From contig CAIPWR010000145.1 of assembly GCA_903868795.1 (NCBI GenBank), positions 600 to 64,599 of the forward strand: 64,000 bases of DNA. The letters run 5' to 3'. The position numbers and the translations under genes were made by a program. Shown one piece after another: positions 54,054 through 62,736 of this stretch (position 1 is its first letter; each line of letters begins with the position of its first letter). The stretch comes from an uncultured Spartobacteria bacterium. Its GTDB lineage: Bacteria; Verrucomicrobiota; Verrucomicrobiia; Chthoniobacterales; UBA6821. The notes below the pieces were generated by a model, which saw nothing but the letters and a program-made list of their open reading frames with translations, was not told the origin of the DNA and ran no database searches.

Positions 54054-55139
54054 CTACTCCCAATTCGAATAAGGCTCGATCTCTCTCGCTCCGGCATTCC
54101 CCTTCACGAAGGCTGTCCTCGCATCCTTACTTTCGAAGAGGTAGAGAGTATATCCCCCGAATCCTCCTCCAGAGTACTTGCGCCCGAGACAGCCCGTTGC
54201 CTCGGGCAAAGTCTTCATTCCCTCAACAAGTTGAGCTGCATAGGAAGCGGCGACTCCCTGGGCGAGAATCCGAACATCCCCTTTGACGACCCCTTCACGG
54301 GCAACATGGCCCGCCGCTTCAATTGCGGCATAGTCGCGTAATTGGTCAACCATGCCGGGCGTGTCATGGGGATTGCCTGTCCACCAGAGGGCCATGAGGC
54401 CTTGGAGCATGGAACCATCGGTTTTGAGCTCCAGTGAGGGCCTGGTACCGCTGCGCCAGACGCAGAGACCGGTTTCGCGAATGACGGCCGGATCCTGCCA
54501 TCCAACACCAAGACCTATCTCATCATCGACCCCCGTGTTGCCATTGAGAAGCGACCAGGCACCGCTGCCGCCGAGTCCGGCATTCCGCTCATAGCCCCAG
54601 TCGCGTAGGGAGACCCTAGGTTGGATGGCGCAATTCACGATGAAGCCGCCGGGTCGCGCATGGCGGGGGACATCCAGCCACCCGCCTGCGAAATCAACAC
54701 GAAGCGGGGCATCCTTTGGAGCCCTGATCCACTTGACCAGTTGAGAGGTCGAGACGGGTTCGTATTTTGGTGGTGTCTTGGGGAGAATGACATATTCGGC
54801 CCCGATTTCTGCACAAAGTGCCCTTTTCTTGTCTCCATATTGGTCGTCCTCAGTGACTGCCAGAACATCAGGACGGAGCCGGCGGAAATCCTCCAGGAAA
54901 TCGAGCCCGTGCTCGGTGCCGGTTCCGATCACCACCTGATCCACCATGTTCAGGGCTTCTAGGATTCCTTTCTTATGTTCGTCCGGGAGCGAAGAGCGCC
55001 GTTGCTTATGGGCCCAGAGCACCTCGCTTGACGCAAACGAGACAGTGAGAAAGTCACCCAACTCCTTCGCCTCACGAAAAAACTGCACGTGACCAGCATG
55101 GATGATGTCGTAGCAACCGGAGACAAAGATATGGCGCAT
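54054..55139 (-). CDS. Fusion protein: cytidylyltransferase-like nucleotidyltransferase (HxGH) plus GHMP-family sugar kinase
   Basis: N-terminus has VSGCYDIIHAGHVQFF (HIGH-type motif, RfaE domain II/TagD-like). C-terminus has LRVDFAGGWLD, NAGLGGSGAWS and KYSGGGFGGY, typical of HddA/fucokinase-type GHMP kinases. Start taken at the ATG at 55139. Confidence 0.75.
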   Translation of the reverse strand: MRHIFVSGCYDIIHAGHVQFFREAKELGDFLTVSFASSEVLWAHKQRRSSLPDEHKKGILEALNMVDQVVIGTGTEHGLDFLEDFRRLRPDVLAVTEDDQYGDKKRALCAEIGAEYVILPKTPPKYEPVSTSQLVKWIRAPKDAPLRVDFAGGWLDVPRHARPGGFIVNCAIQPRVSLRDWGYERNAGLGGSGAWSLLNGNTGVDDEIGLGVGWQDPAVIRETGLCVWRSGTRPSLELKTDGSMLQGLMALWWTGNPHDTPGMVDQLRDYAAIEAAGHVAREGVVKGDVRILAQGVAASYAAQLVEGMKTLPEATGCLGRKYSGGGFGGYTLYLFESKDARTAFVKGNAGAREIEPYSNWE

Positions 55140-55290
55140 TCTGCAGACAATGCCCTTGGAGGATTCTTGTGACAAGCATCGGCTGATCGCCGAAGCAATC
55201 TGCACCGAGGCTACTGATGTTGAAAAAGGGTTTGCACGATGATGACATTCCGAGTTTTCCTCATGCTTTAACCAACCCCCCTCATCAACC

Positions 55291-56778
55291 ATGATGCTCC
55301 CACTTCTTCTCGCCGCTTCGCTGATCACCACCAACGAAGTTCCCGGCATGGCTACCGTCCATATTCCCATGCCGGCCATGATCACTCCCAACGAGGAGCT
55401 GCGTTTCAACATCCCTTACCAGATTCCGGGGCTCAATTGGGACATGCAGCGCTTCTGGGAGCCCTACCAGACCCAACGTGACAATACCAAAAACTGGCTG
55501 CAGTCCGACTATGCGACCATGAACTGGTTCGGACTCCGTGACACGCTGGCAAGTCACGGCATGGATGTCTCCGTATCCTATACGGCAGATCTGGCCGGCA
55601 ATCCGGTCGGAGGAAAAAGTGCTGGCTTCACCTATTGCGACAACTTCACCTTCGACCTGGAGTTCCAGTCCAAACCGCTCTTTGGATACGATGGAGGTAC
55701 CCTTAGTGTCATTGGACTGAATCGTGACGGGAACAACCTGACTGCCCAACACGTTGGCAACCAGTTCACTGTCCAGCAGGTCTACGGCGGCACGGGATTC
55801 ATCTTTTATGGTCTTGCTTACAATCAGCGCTTCGACGACGACAAGATCAGCTTTAAGTTTGGACGTATGGCGGCGGGCGACGACTTTGCCTCCTCCCCGC
55901 TCTACTGGCTCTACATGAATAACGGTATCGACGGCAATCCGCAGTCATTGCCAGTCAATGGATCGTTCTCCACCTATCCTTGGGGTGTTTGGGGTGGGCG
56001 TCTGCGCGCTCTTGTAACCAAGGAAACAGAGGCGATGTTCGGTGTCTATCAGGTCACGCCGCAAGTCTCTCAGTCCTATATGCACGGCTTCAACTGGAAT
56101 ATGAATCCTGGTGACGGCGTGATGATGATCGGTCAGTACGGCTGGGCTCATGAGTTCTTCAAGCCGGCTGCCCCCGCTCCTTCAACCTCTGCCAAGTCTG
56201 ATGATGGTAAGTCCGTGGCCGCGGCAAATGGGAAGGATGGAAAGACCTTCGCCACTCCTGCCAGTGATGCCATTCCACATGGGCTTCCCGGTCACTACTG
56301 GATGGGTGGCTACTACTCGACCTGGACCTATCCCCAGTTCGGCAGTTCTCAGGGGCAGAATGGTGCCTATGGTCTCTACTGGCATTTCGACCAGATGCTC
56401 TACCGCATGAATCCCTTCAAGGACACCGGGCTCACCGCCTGGAGCGCCTTTATGCTCTGCCCACAGCAGAACACGGCCAAGGTTCCCTTCCAGTACAATG
56501 GCGGTCTTGTGTACACGGGAATGATTCCATTCCGTCCTCAGGACGTTTCCATCTTTGGGGTCGCCTACGGCAATTTCAGCTCCAACTATGCTCAAGCTAA
56601 CGAGACGGCGACTGGCGGATACGCCACGTATGAGCTGGCCTACGAATTCGGCTACCGCATCAATCTGACCAAGTTCGCCTACGTCCAACCCGATGCGCAG
56701 TGGATCATCAATCCGGGAGGCACGGGAACCATCCCCAACGCCCTCGTTCTTGGCGCCCAGATCGGGGTCACGTTTTAG
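55291..56778 (+). CDS. Carbohydrate-selective porin, OprB family
   Basis: 495 aa. FGRMAAGDDFASSPLYWLYMNNGIDGNP and a beta-barrel-like alternating pattern ending in F. Confidence 0.8.
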   Translation: MMLPLLLAASLITTNEVPGMATVHIPMPAMITPNEELRFNIPYQIPGLNWDMQRFWEPYQTQRDNTKNWLQSDYATMNWFGLRDTLASHGMDVSVSYTADLAGNPVGGKSAGFTYCDNFTFDLEFQSKPLFGYDGGTLSVIGLNRDGNNLTAQHVGNQFTVQQVYGGTGFIFYGLAYNQRFDDDKISFKFGRMAAGDDFASSPLYWLYMNNGIDGNPQSLPVNGSFSTYPWGVWGGRLRALVTKETEAMFGVYQVTPQVSQSYMHGFNWNMNPGDGVMMIGQYGWAHEFFKPAAPAPSTSAKSDDGKSVAAANGKDGKTFATPASDAIPHGLPGHYWMGGYYSTWTYPQFGSSQGQNGAYGLYWHFDQMLYRMNPFKDTGLTAWSAFMLCPQQNTAKVPFQYNGGLVYTGMIPFRPQDVSIFGVAYGNFSSNYAQANETATGGYATYELAYEFGYRINLTKFAYVQPDAQWIINPGGTGTIPNALVLGAQIGVTF

Positions 56779-56835
56779 CAATGCTCTGCCTTGCTAAAAC
56801 GAGGTGTATAGCCGTTTAGGCTGCAGGCTATTAGG
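56776..56835 (+). repeat. Gene-3-prime-end module, copy A6: stop-overlapping hairpin plus element (downstream of the oprB-like gene)
   Basis: Hairpin TAGCAA-N9-TTGCTA at 56776-56796 includes the TAG stop. The element CCGTTTAGGCTGCAGGCTATTAGG lies at 56812-56835. Confidence 0.65.
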
Positions 56836-56874
56836 AAATCCATAAAGGCCCTCACGGCTATCTTTGTTGCTTTT

Positions 56875-57213
56875 TTGTCATGTGCCTGTTCTGAAGGCGC
56901 AGCTGATGCTCCTTCAGGTGTGCAGGCTGAGGCAACAAAGATGCTCTTGGCTATTGCCACCAGCGACTACGATTCGTTTGTTGCTGATGGGGATGCTGCT
57001 TTCAGAGAGCTCAAAAAATCACAGTTTGATGCCGTGGTTTCCCAACTGAATTCCAAGCTCAAGGCTGGATACGAACTCGCCTACCTTGGAGAACTGAACC
57101 AGCGTGGCTCTCAGGTCACGCTCTTGCGGATCCGGTTCAATTCCGGCGGTGATGATCTTCTCGCCACCCTGAGTATGAGGGATGGGAAGGTCGACGGTTA
57201 CTGGATCAAGTGA
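56875..57213 (+). CDS. Small putative lipoprotein of unknown function (true start probably upstream at a non-ATG codon)
   Basis: The in-frame upstream sequence reads IRKSIKALTAIFVAFLSCAC, a signal peptide plus lipobox, with no ATG or GTG. Candidate starts are CTG 56821, ATT 56830 and TTG 56875. Confidence 0.5.
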   Translation: MSCACSEGAADAPSGVQAEATKMLLAIATSDYDSFVADGDAAFRELKKSQFDAVVSQLNSKLKAGYELAYLGELNQRGSQVTLLRIRFNSGGDDLLATLSMRDGKVDGYWIK

Positions 57214-57225
57214 TCTGTTTCTCTT

Positions 57226-57278
57226 GCTAACAGTCTTCAGTCTAAACCGCTAACAGCCTTGGCCTGCTATGACAGGCC
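57226..57278 (-). repeat. Gene-3-prime-end module, copy A4: hairpin plus element (downstream of mtnN)
   Basis: Hairpin GGCCTG-CTATGA-CAGGCC at 57261-57278 lies next to the mtnN stop. In gene sense the element reads GGCTGTTAGCGGTTTAGACTGAAGACTGTTAGC. Confidence 0.7.
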
Positions 57279-57279
57279 A

Positions 57280-58023
57280 TCATCGGGCCATCGCCCTCAA
57301 TGCGTGCCTCACCGTCTCGGCACAGGCTTTGGCGGCGGTTTCTTCGACGAATTTGGCGAAGTCGATGTGGGCGCTCCCGTCTGCGGAGTCCGAGATGACG
57401 CGCATCACGCCCAAGGGAAGGTCCGAAGTTCTGCAGACCTGAGCCACAGCCGCCGACTCCATATCGACGCAGCTTGCCTTAGGGAGGCTTTCCAGAACCC
57501 GCTCTCTCGCTTCAGTGCTTGAGAGAAACTGATCGCCGCTCACAACGAGCCCCTCTAAGAGGGAGGCGTTTTCTAGCCCTGGAGGGCGCTTGGTGGCAAG
57601 CATCACCCTGCCGGCATTTGAAAGGAGTTGCCGCAGATCAGGGTCTGCCTCGATCACTGAGAATCCCTCGAAGGGGATTTCATGGAGAGGAAAGAGGGGG
57701 CGGGCATCCATGTCGTGCTGCACGAAGGAATCACCGATCACGATATCGCCTACCTTGAGTCCTTCGGCGAGGCCGCCGGAGACACCGGTGACAAGGATTC
57801 GGGAGACCTTCGCATGGCAGGTGAGCAACGTGGCTGAAAGGGCAGCATTCACCTTGCCGCAGCCGCAGAGAACGAGGGCAACTGGTTGGCCCTCCAGATT
57901 TCCGTAGTGGATTTCACGACCTGCGATTTTCTCGGTACGCTCATGCTCGAGCGCTGCTGTGAGATTTCGGATTTCGGAATCCATTGCCGCGATGATGCCT
58001 GTTCTCTTGGTCATGTTGATCAA
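57280..58023 (-). CDS. mtnN: 5-methylthioadenosine/S-adenosylhomocysteine nucleosidase
   Basis: GIIAAMDSE N-terminus, GCGKVNAA, GVSGG and DMESAAVAQV. Confidence 0.88.
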   Translation of the reverse strand: MINMTKRTGIIAAMDSEIRNLTAALEHERTEKIAGREIHYGNLEGQPVALVLCGCGKVNAALSATLLTCHAKVSRILVTGVSGGLAEGLKVGDIVIGDSFVQHDMDARPLFPLHEIPFEGFSVIEADPDLRQLLSNAGRVMLATKRPPGLENASLLEGLVVSGDQFLSSTEARERVLESLPKASCVDMESAAVAQVCRTSDLPLGVMRVISDSADGSAHIDFAKFVEETAAKACAETVRHALRAMAR

Positions 58024-58141
58024 CTACATGGTCATTATTCGGGGAGCCAGCTGAGATTGCGTCATGCGGTGCTTGACGGCGGAGCTTTCCTCTATAAAGA
58101 GAAAGGTTCACACAAACACACAAACCTAAGGAACACATACT

Positions 58142-59164
58142 ATGCGCATCGGAATGGTCGGTCTCGGAAGAATGGGAGCCAATATGGTTCTTCGCCTCAT
58201 CAAGGCAGGTCACGAAGTCGTCGTTTGGGATCGCAGCGAGGCTGCCGTCCAAGATCTGGCTTCCAAAGGAGCCATTGCCGCCAAGGATCAGGCAGATCTT
58301 GTCAGCAAGCTCACGGGCCCCAAGGCCGTCTGGATGATGATTCCAGCAGCCTACGTGGACGATACGATCGCCACCTTTGTTCCTCTCCTCTCAAAGGGTG
58401 ACATCCTGATTGATGGTGGCAATTCCTACTACAAGGACGATGTTCGTCGCGCCAAGGAACTTTCGGTCAAGGGTATCGAGTATGTCGATGTCGGCACCTC
58501 CGGTGGTGTCTGGGGTCTAGAGCGTGGTTATTGCGAGATGATCGGCGGCTCCAAGGAGACCGTTTCCTACCTCGACCCAATCCTGAAGGCTCTTGCTCCA
58601 GGCAAGGGAGATGCGCCGGTGACTCCTGGCCGTGCCCGTACGGACAGCACCGCCGAGGAGGGATATCTTCATTGCGGTCCTAATGGCGCAGGACACTTCG
58701 TCAAGATGGTCCACAACGGCATCGAATACGGTATCATGGCTGCTTATGCCGAGGGTCTGAATATTCTTAAGAACGCCAATGTCGGCAAGGTCAAGCGTGA
58801 GATCGATGCTGAGACCACCCCGCTCCGCGATCCGGAGAATTATCAGTATGACATGGATCTTCCCGAGATCACCGAGGTGTGGCGTCGTGGCAGCGTGGTC
58901 GCCAGCTGGTTGCTCGACCTCACGGCCGACGCTTTGGCCCGTGATCCTGAGCTCTCCACATTCGGCGGTCGTGTCAGTGACTCCGGCGAAGGTCGCTGGA
59001 CCATCCTCGCGGCGATCGAAGAGGGTGTTCCCGCACCAGTGCTGACCAATGCTCTGTACGAGCGTTTCTCCAGTCGCAATCTTGCCGAGTATGCCGACAA
59101 GGTTTGCTCCGCGATGCGCTTTGAGTTTGGCGGTCACCACGAGAAGCCAGCTGGCTCGAAGTAA
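58142..59164 (+). CDS. gnd: 6-phosphogluconate dehydrogenase, decarboxylating (short Gnd-like form)
   Basis: [15 protein letters not shown] Rossmann motif, GGNSYY and [16 protein letters not shown]. Confidence 0.92.
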   Translation: MRIGMVGLGRMGANMVLRLIKAGHEVVVWDRSEAAVQDLASKGAIAAKDQADLVSKLTGPKAVWMMIPAAYVDDTIATFVPLLSKGDILIDGGNSYYKDDVRRAKELSVKGIEYVDVGTSGGVWGLERGYCEMIGGSKETVSYLDPILKALAPGKGDAPVTPGRARTDSTAEEGYLHCGPNGAGHFVKMVHNGIEYGIMAAYAEGLNILKNANVGKVKREIDAETTPLRDPENYQYDMDLPEITEVWRRGSVVASWLLDLTADALARDPELSTFGGRVSDSGEGRWTILAAIEEGVPAPVLTNALYERFSSRNLAEYADKVCSAMRFEFGGHHEKPAGSK

Positions 59165-59193
59165 TTTCCAATTCTCTTAGGAAGCGTAACATC

Positions 59194-60573
59194 ATGTCCC
59201 AACTCAAAAGCGACGCCCTGGTCCTCTTCGGAGCGACCGGAGACCTGGCCCATAAGAAACTCTTCGACACCATTCAGGCGCTCTACCGCCGCGGGGTGCT
59301 TGAGGGGCCGGTCATCGGCGTCGCAAAGAGCGGCATGACCCGCGAGCAGGTACTCGATCGTGCCCGTGAGGGAATCACGACGTTCGGACGCGGAGTGGAT
59401 GAGGAGGTCTTCAAGAAGTTTGCAGACCAGTTCCAGTACGTTGATGGCGACTACTCCGATCCGGCCACCTTTGATGCACTGAAGAAGGCCTTGGGAAGCG
59501 CCCAGCGCCCCATTCATTACCTTGCTATCCCGCCCGTCCTCTTCGGAAGGGTGACCAAGGGCCTCAAGGCCGCCGATTGCATCAATGACGACACCCGCGT
59601 CGTGGTTGAGAAGCCGTTTGGACATGACAAGGCTTCCGCCGAATCTCTCAACAAGATTCTCCATGATGTCCTGGAGGAGCGTCAGGTTTTCCGGATCGAC
59701 CACTACCTTGGCAAGGAGGCAACGCAGAATGTTCTCTACACGCGTTTTGCCAATGCCTTCCTTGAGCCGGTCTGGAACCGCAACTACATCAGCAACATCC
59801 AGATCACGATGGCAGAATCCTTCGGAGTGGATGGACGCGGTGCCTTCTACGATGCCACAGGTTGCCTCCGCGATGTGATCGAGAACCACCTCATGCAGGT
59901 GGTCGGATTCCTCTGCATGGAGCCCCCCTTCTGGCCAGATAAGGAGCGCGTGCGTGATGAGCAGGTGAAGCTCTTCCGCTCCATCCGCACCATCTCCACG
60001 AACGATATCGTCCGCGGGCAGTTTGAGGGGTATCTACAGGAACCTGGAGTCGCACCGAACAGCACGACTGAGACCTTTGCTGCCGTGCGAGTCTTCATTG
60101 ATAACTGGCGCTGGCAGGGGGTGCCGATCTATATCCGCGCCGGCAAGAACATGCCCGTTTCCGGCACGGAGGTGAGGGTTCAGTTCCATCGTCCCCCTCT
60201 GGTCGTCTTCCCTGACCAGCAGGCCCCGATGCACAACTACGTCCGATTCCTCTTCACTCCCCGCATCGAGATTGCCCTCGGTATGCAGGTCAAGGTCGAC
60301 GGAGAGCGCATGGTCGGCGAGCCCATGGAGCTGAAGGTCGTCGATCAACAACCAGATGAGATGACTCCCTACGAACGCCTCATTGGTGATGCGATCCAAG
60401 GCGACCAAGCCCTCTTTGCCAGACAGGATGTCGTTGAGGAAGGATGGAGAATCGTCGAGAACATCCTCGGTAATTCCGTTCCCGTCCATCCCTACAAGCC
60501 CGGCACGTGGGGTCCCGAGGAGGTCAACGACGTCCTTCTCCCTTCGGGTGGATGGCATGCTCCTCAGGTATGA
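59194..60573 (+). CDS. zwf: Glucose-6-phosphate 1-dehydrogenase
   Basis: [22 protein letters not shown] and EPPFW-type motifs. Confidence 0.95.
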   Translation: MSQLKSDALVLFGATGDLAHKKLFDTIQALYRRGVLEGPVIGVAKSGMTREQVLDRAREGITTFGRGVDEEVFKKFADQFQYVDGDYSDPATFDALKKALGSAQRPIHYLAIPPVLFGRVTKGLKAADCINDDTRVVVEKPFGHDKASAESLNKILHDVLEERQVFRIDHYLGKEATQNVLYTRFANAFLEPVWNRNYISNIQITMAESFGVDGRGAFYDATGCLRDVIENHLMQVVGFLCMEPPFWPDKERVRDEQVKLFRSIRTISTNDIVRGQFEGYLQEPGVAPNSTTETFAAVRVFIDNWRWQGVPIYIRAGKNMPVSGTEVRVQFHRPPLVVFPDQQAPMHNYVRFLFTPRIEIALGMQVKVDGERMVGEPMELKVVDQQPDEMTPYERLIGDAIQGDQALFARQDVVEEGWRIVENILGNSVPVHPYKPGTWGPEEVNDVLLPSGGWHAPQV

Positions 60574-60595
60574 AATCAGATTGAAGGCCGAAGTT

Positions 60596-60609
60596 GTTTA
60601 GGCTGATAG
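60596..60609 (+). repeat. Short copy of the element core (between zwf and the SBP gene)
   Basis: GTTTAGGCTGATAG, 23 nt after the zwf stop and immediately before the next ATG. Confidence 0.4.
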
Positions 60610-60610
60610 A

Positions 60611-61420
60611 ATGAGACGCCTCGCGCTCGTTACCCTGGCGCTGCTTCTTACTGCAGTCTCCTGCAAACGCAAGGAGACGACAGAAACGGCGACTGCATTC
60701 AAACCATTGGTCGTGGGGATGGAACTTGCTTACCCACCCTTCGAGACAATCAATTCCCAAGGAGCGCCCGCAGGAGTCAGCGTCGATTTGGCAGGGGCTC
60801 TCGGGGAGTATCTCCATCGTCCCGTTCGCATCGAGAATATCCCCTTTACCGGGCTCATTCCGTCACTCCTGACCGGGAAGATCGACCTCATCATCTCCTC
60901 CATGACAGATACCCCCGGGAGGGAAAAGACGATCGCTTTTTCAGATCCCTACCTCTCGATAGGGCTGGCCGTTTTGGCCGGAACTAAGAGCGGACTGACT
61001 GGGACGATGAAACCGGGGGATCTCGATCAACCTGGTCGCACTCTTGCCGTGAGGCAGGGTACCACTGCCCAAGCCTGGGCTGCTGATCACCTAAAAGAAG
61101 CCAAGGTGCTGGTTCTCGACAAGGAGTCCTCTGCGGTGATGGAGGTCGTTCAGGGGAAGGCTGACGGATTCCTCTATGATCAGATGAGCGTCTGGAAGAA
61201 TCACCAGGAACATCCCGCAGAGACGATAACCCTGCTTCAACCGCTGCAACGGGAATCGTGGGCCATTGGCATGCGTCCTGATGAAAAAGAACTCCGCGAG
61301 CAGGTCAATGCCTTTATCAAGGTTTTCCGTGCCTCAGGAGGCTTCGAGCGCTTGGGAGATCGCTATCTCAAGGATCAGAAAGAGGCTTTTGCAAAAGCCT
61401 CAATCCCCTTTTACTTTTAA
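60611..61420 (+). CDS. Family 3 solute-binding protein (amino-acid ABC type) lipoprotein, with no transporter genes nearby
   Basis: Lipobox LLTAVSC. SBP_bac_3 pattern (GMELAYPPFE, DLIISSMTDTPGR). Confidence 0.8.
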   Translation: MRRLALVTLALLLTAVSCKRKETTETATAFKPLVVGMELAYPPFETINSQGAPAGVSVDLAGALGEYLHRPVRIENIPFTGLIPSLLTGKIDLIISSMTDTPGREKTIAFSDPYLSIGLAVLAGTKSGLTGTMKPGDLDQPGRTLAVRQGTTAQAWAADHLKEAKVLVLDKESSAVMEVVQGKADGFLYDQMSVWKNHQEHPAETITLLQPLQRESWAIGMRPDEKELREQVNAFIKVFRASGGFERLGDRYLKDQKEAFAKASIPFYF

Positions 61421-61426
61421 TTCTTC

Positions 61427-62362
61427 ATGAAAACCGCACTTCTCTTTTCCGGACAAGGCGCCCAAGCCGTTGGCATGGGCAAGGATCTCGCCGCCAGCTT
61501 TCCCGTCGCAGCAGATCTCTTTGCCAAGGCCGACTCGATCCTCGGTTACTCTCTTTCGAACATTGCCTTTGAGGGGCCGAGCGAGGAACTGACCCGCACC
61601 TCGGTCTGCCAACCAGCACTCTACACCCACGGACTGGCTGCTCTGGCCGTTCTCAAGGAAAAGTTCCCGACCCTCTCCTTCGATGCCGCCGCGGGCCTCT
61701 CCCTCGGGGAATTCACGGCCCACTGCGCCGCAGGAACCTTTGATTTTGAGACAGGCTTGCGACTTGTCGATCAGCGTTCCCGATTCATGCAGGAGGCCTG
61801 CGAGGCTACGGAAGGAGGGATGGCTGCAATCATCGGAGCTGAGGAACAAGGGGTTCGTGATCTCGCGGCCGCTGCTGATGTCGATGTCGCCAACTTCAAC
61901 AGCCCAGGTCAGATTGTGATCTCCGGGGAGAAGGCCAAAATCGCCCTCGCTGTCGGCATGGCTAAAGAACATGGTGCGCGCAAGGCCGTCGAACTGACAG
62001 TTGCCGGAGCCTTTCATTCCCGTCTCATGGAGCCCGCTTATCAGCGCCTCAGCACCGTGCTTGCGGAGACATCGATCGTGATGCCACGGGTTCCGGTGGT
62101 GTCAAATGTCGATGCACGCCCTGCTGACTCTCCCGATGCCATTCGCCAGTCGCTGGCCGATCAGGTGACCGGCTCCGTCTGCTGGACCGCCAGCATCGAA
62201 TACATGATCGACCATCTTGGCATCACCCGGTTCCTGGAGCTTGGACCCGGAGGTGTAATCGCCGGACTCGTGGGTCGCATCCGCAAGGGAACCGAAGTGA
62301 TCAGCATCAGTGACGTGGCCTCTCTGGAAGCTGCTCTTCCCCTGCTACAAGCACAGGTATAA
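61427..62362 (+). CDS. fabD: Malonyl CoA-ACP transacylase
   Basis: LFSGQGAQAVGMG, GLSLGEF active-site Ser and AFHS. Confidence 0.95.
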   Translation: MKTALLFSGQGAQAVGMGKDLAASFPVAADLFAKADSILGYSLSNIAFEGPSEELTRTSVCQPALYTHGLAALAVLKEKFPTLSFDAAAGLSLGEFTAHCAAGTFDFETGLRLVDQRSRFMQEACEATEGGMAAIIGAEEQGVRDLAAAADVDVANFNSPGQIVISGEKAKIALAVGMAKEHGARKAVELTVAGAFHSRLMEPAYQRLSTVLAETSIVMPRVPVVSNVDARPADSPDAIRQSLADQVTGSVCWTASIEYMIDHLGITRFLELGPGGVIAGLVGRIRKGTEVISISDVASLEAALPLLQAQV

Positions 62363-62365
62363 GGA

Positions 62366-62683
62366 TTGAAGCTGATGACCCTTCTTGCTTTTGGGATGCC
62401 GGCGGCCCCCGAGTGGATCTTCATCGGAATCCTTGCGCTTGTCCTGCTTGGTCCCAAGAAATTGCCCGAATTGGCCCGAGGCATTGGCAAGGCCCTCGGT
62501 GAGTTGCAGAAGGCCAAGGAAGACTTCCACCGGGAGATCAGTGGGATACCCCCGCTCCCTAAGATTGAGTCCCCTACAGGCCTTCAGCCAACTGCTTTGG
62601 AAGGCAGTTCGGCCAATCAATCTGGGGTAACCTCCGGTACGACAGTTTCCCCTCAGGAAATTCCTGAAAAGAAAACCACATAG
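62366..62683 (+). CDS. tatA: Twin-arginine translocase TatA/E family protein
   Basis: EWIFIGILALVLLGPKKLPELARGIGKALGELQKA. The start may be the ATG at 62375. Confidence 0.88.
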   Translation: MKLMTLLAFGMPAAPEWIFIGILALVLLGPKKLPELARGIGKALGELQKAKEDFHREISGIPPLPKIESPTGLQPTALEGSSANQSGVTSGTTVSPQEIPEKKTT

Positions 62684-62736
62684 GAACTCACGTCTACGCG
62701 TTCAGTGCGGTCGTGGCGTAACTTCGCGCCCTCTTC

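Noticed and set aside
58073-58098. TTGACG ... TATAAA sigma-70-like promoter upstream of gnd
   Set aside because: The spacer is only 14 nt (15 with shifted hexamers), well short of the 16-18 nt optimum. The promoter consensus for this lineage is also unknown to me, so it is not reported as a feature.
4001-62017. Other long antisense or alternative-frame ORFs in the track: 4001-4972, 11532-12347, 18296-19060, 22017-22940, 26927-27781, 27414-28058, 29691-30569, 35021-35893, 41088-41801, 58517-59140, 59134-59889, 61400-62017, and the many 60-170-aa entries
   Set aside because: Each overlaps a gene with strong motif support in another frame or strand, and none shows a recognisable domain. They are treated as non-coding shadows.
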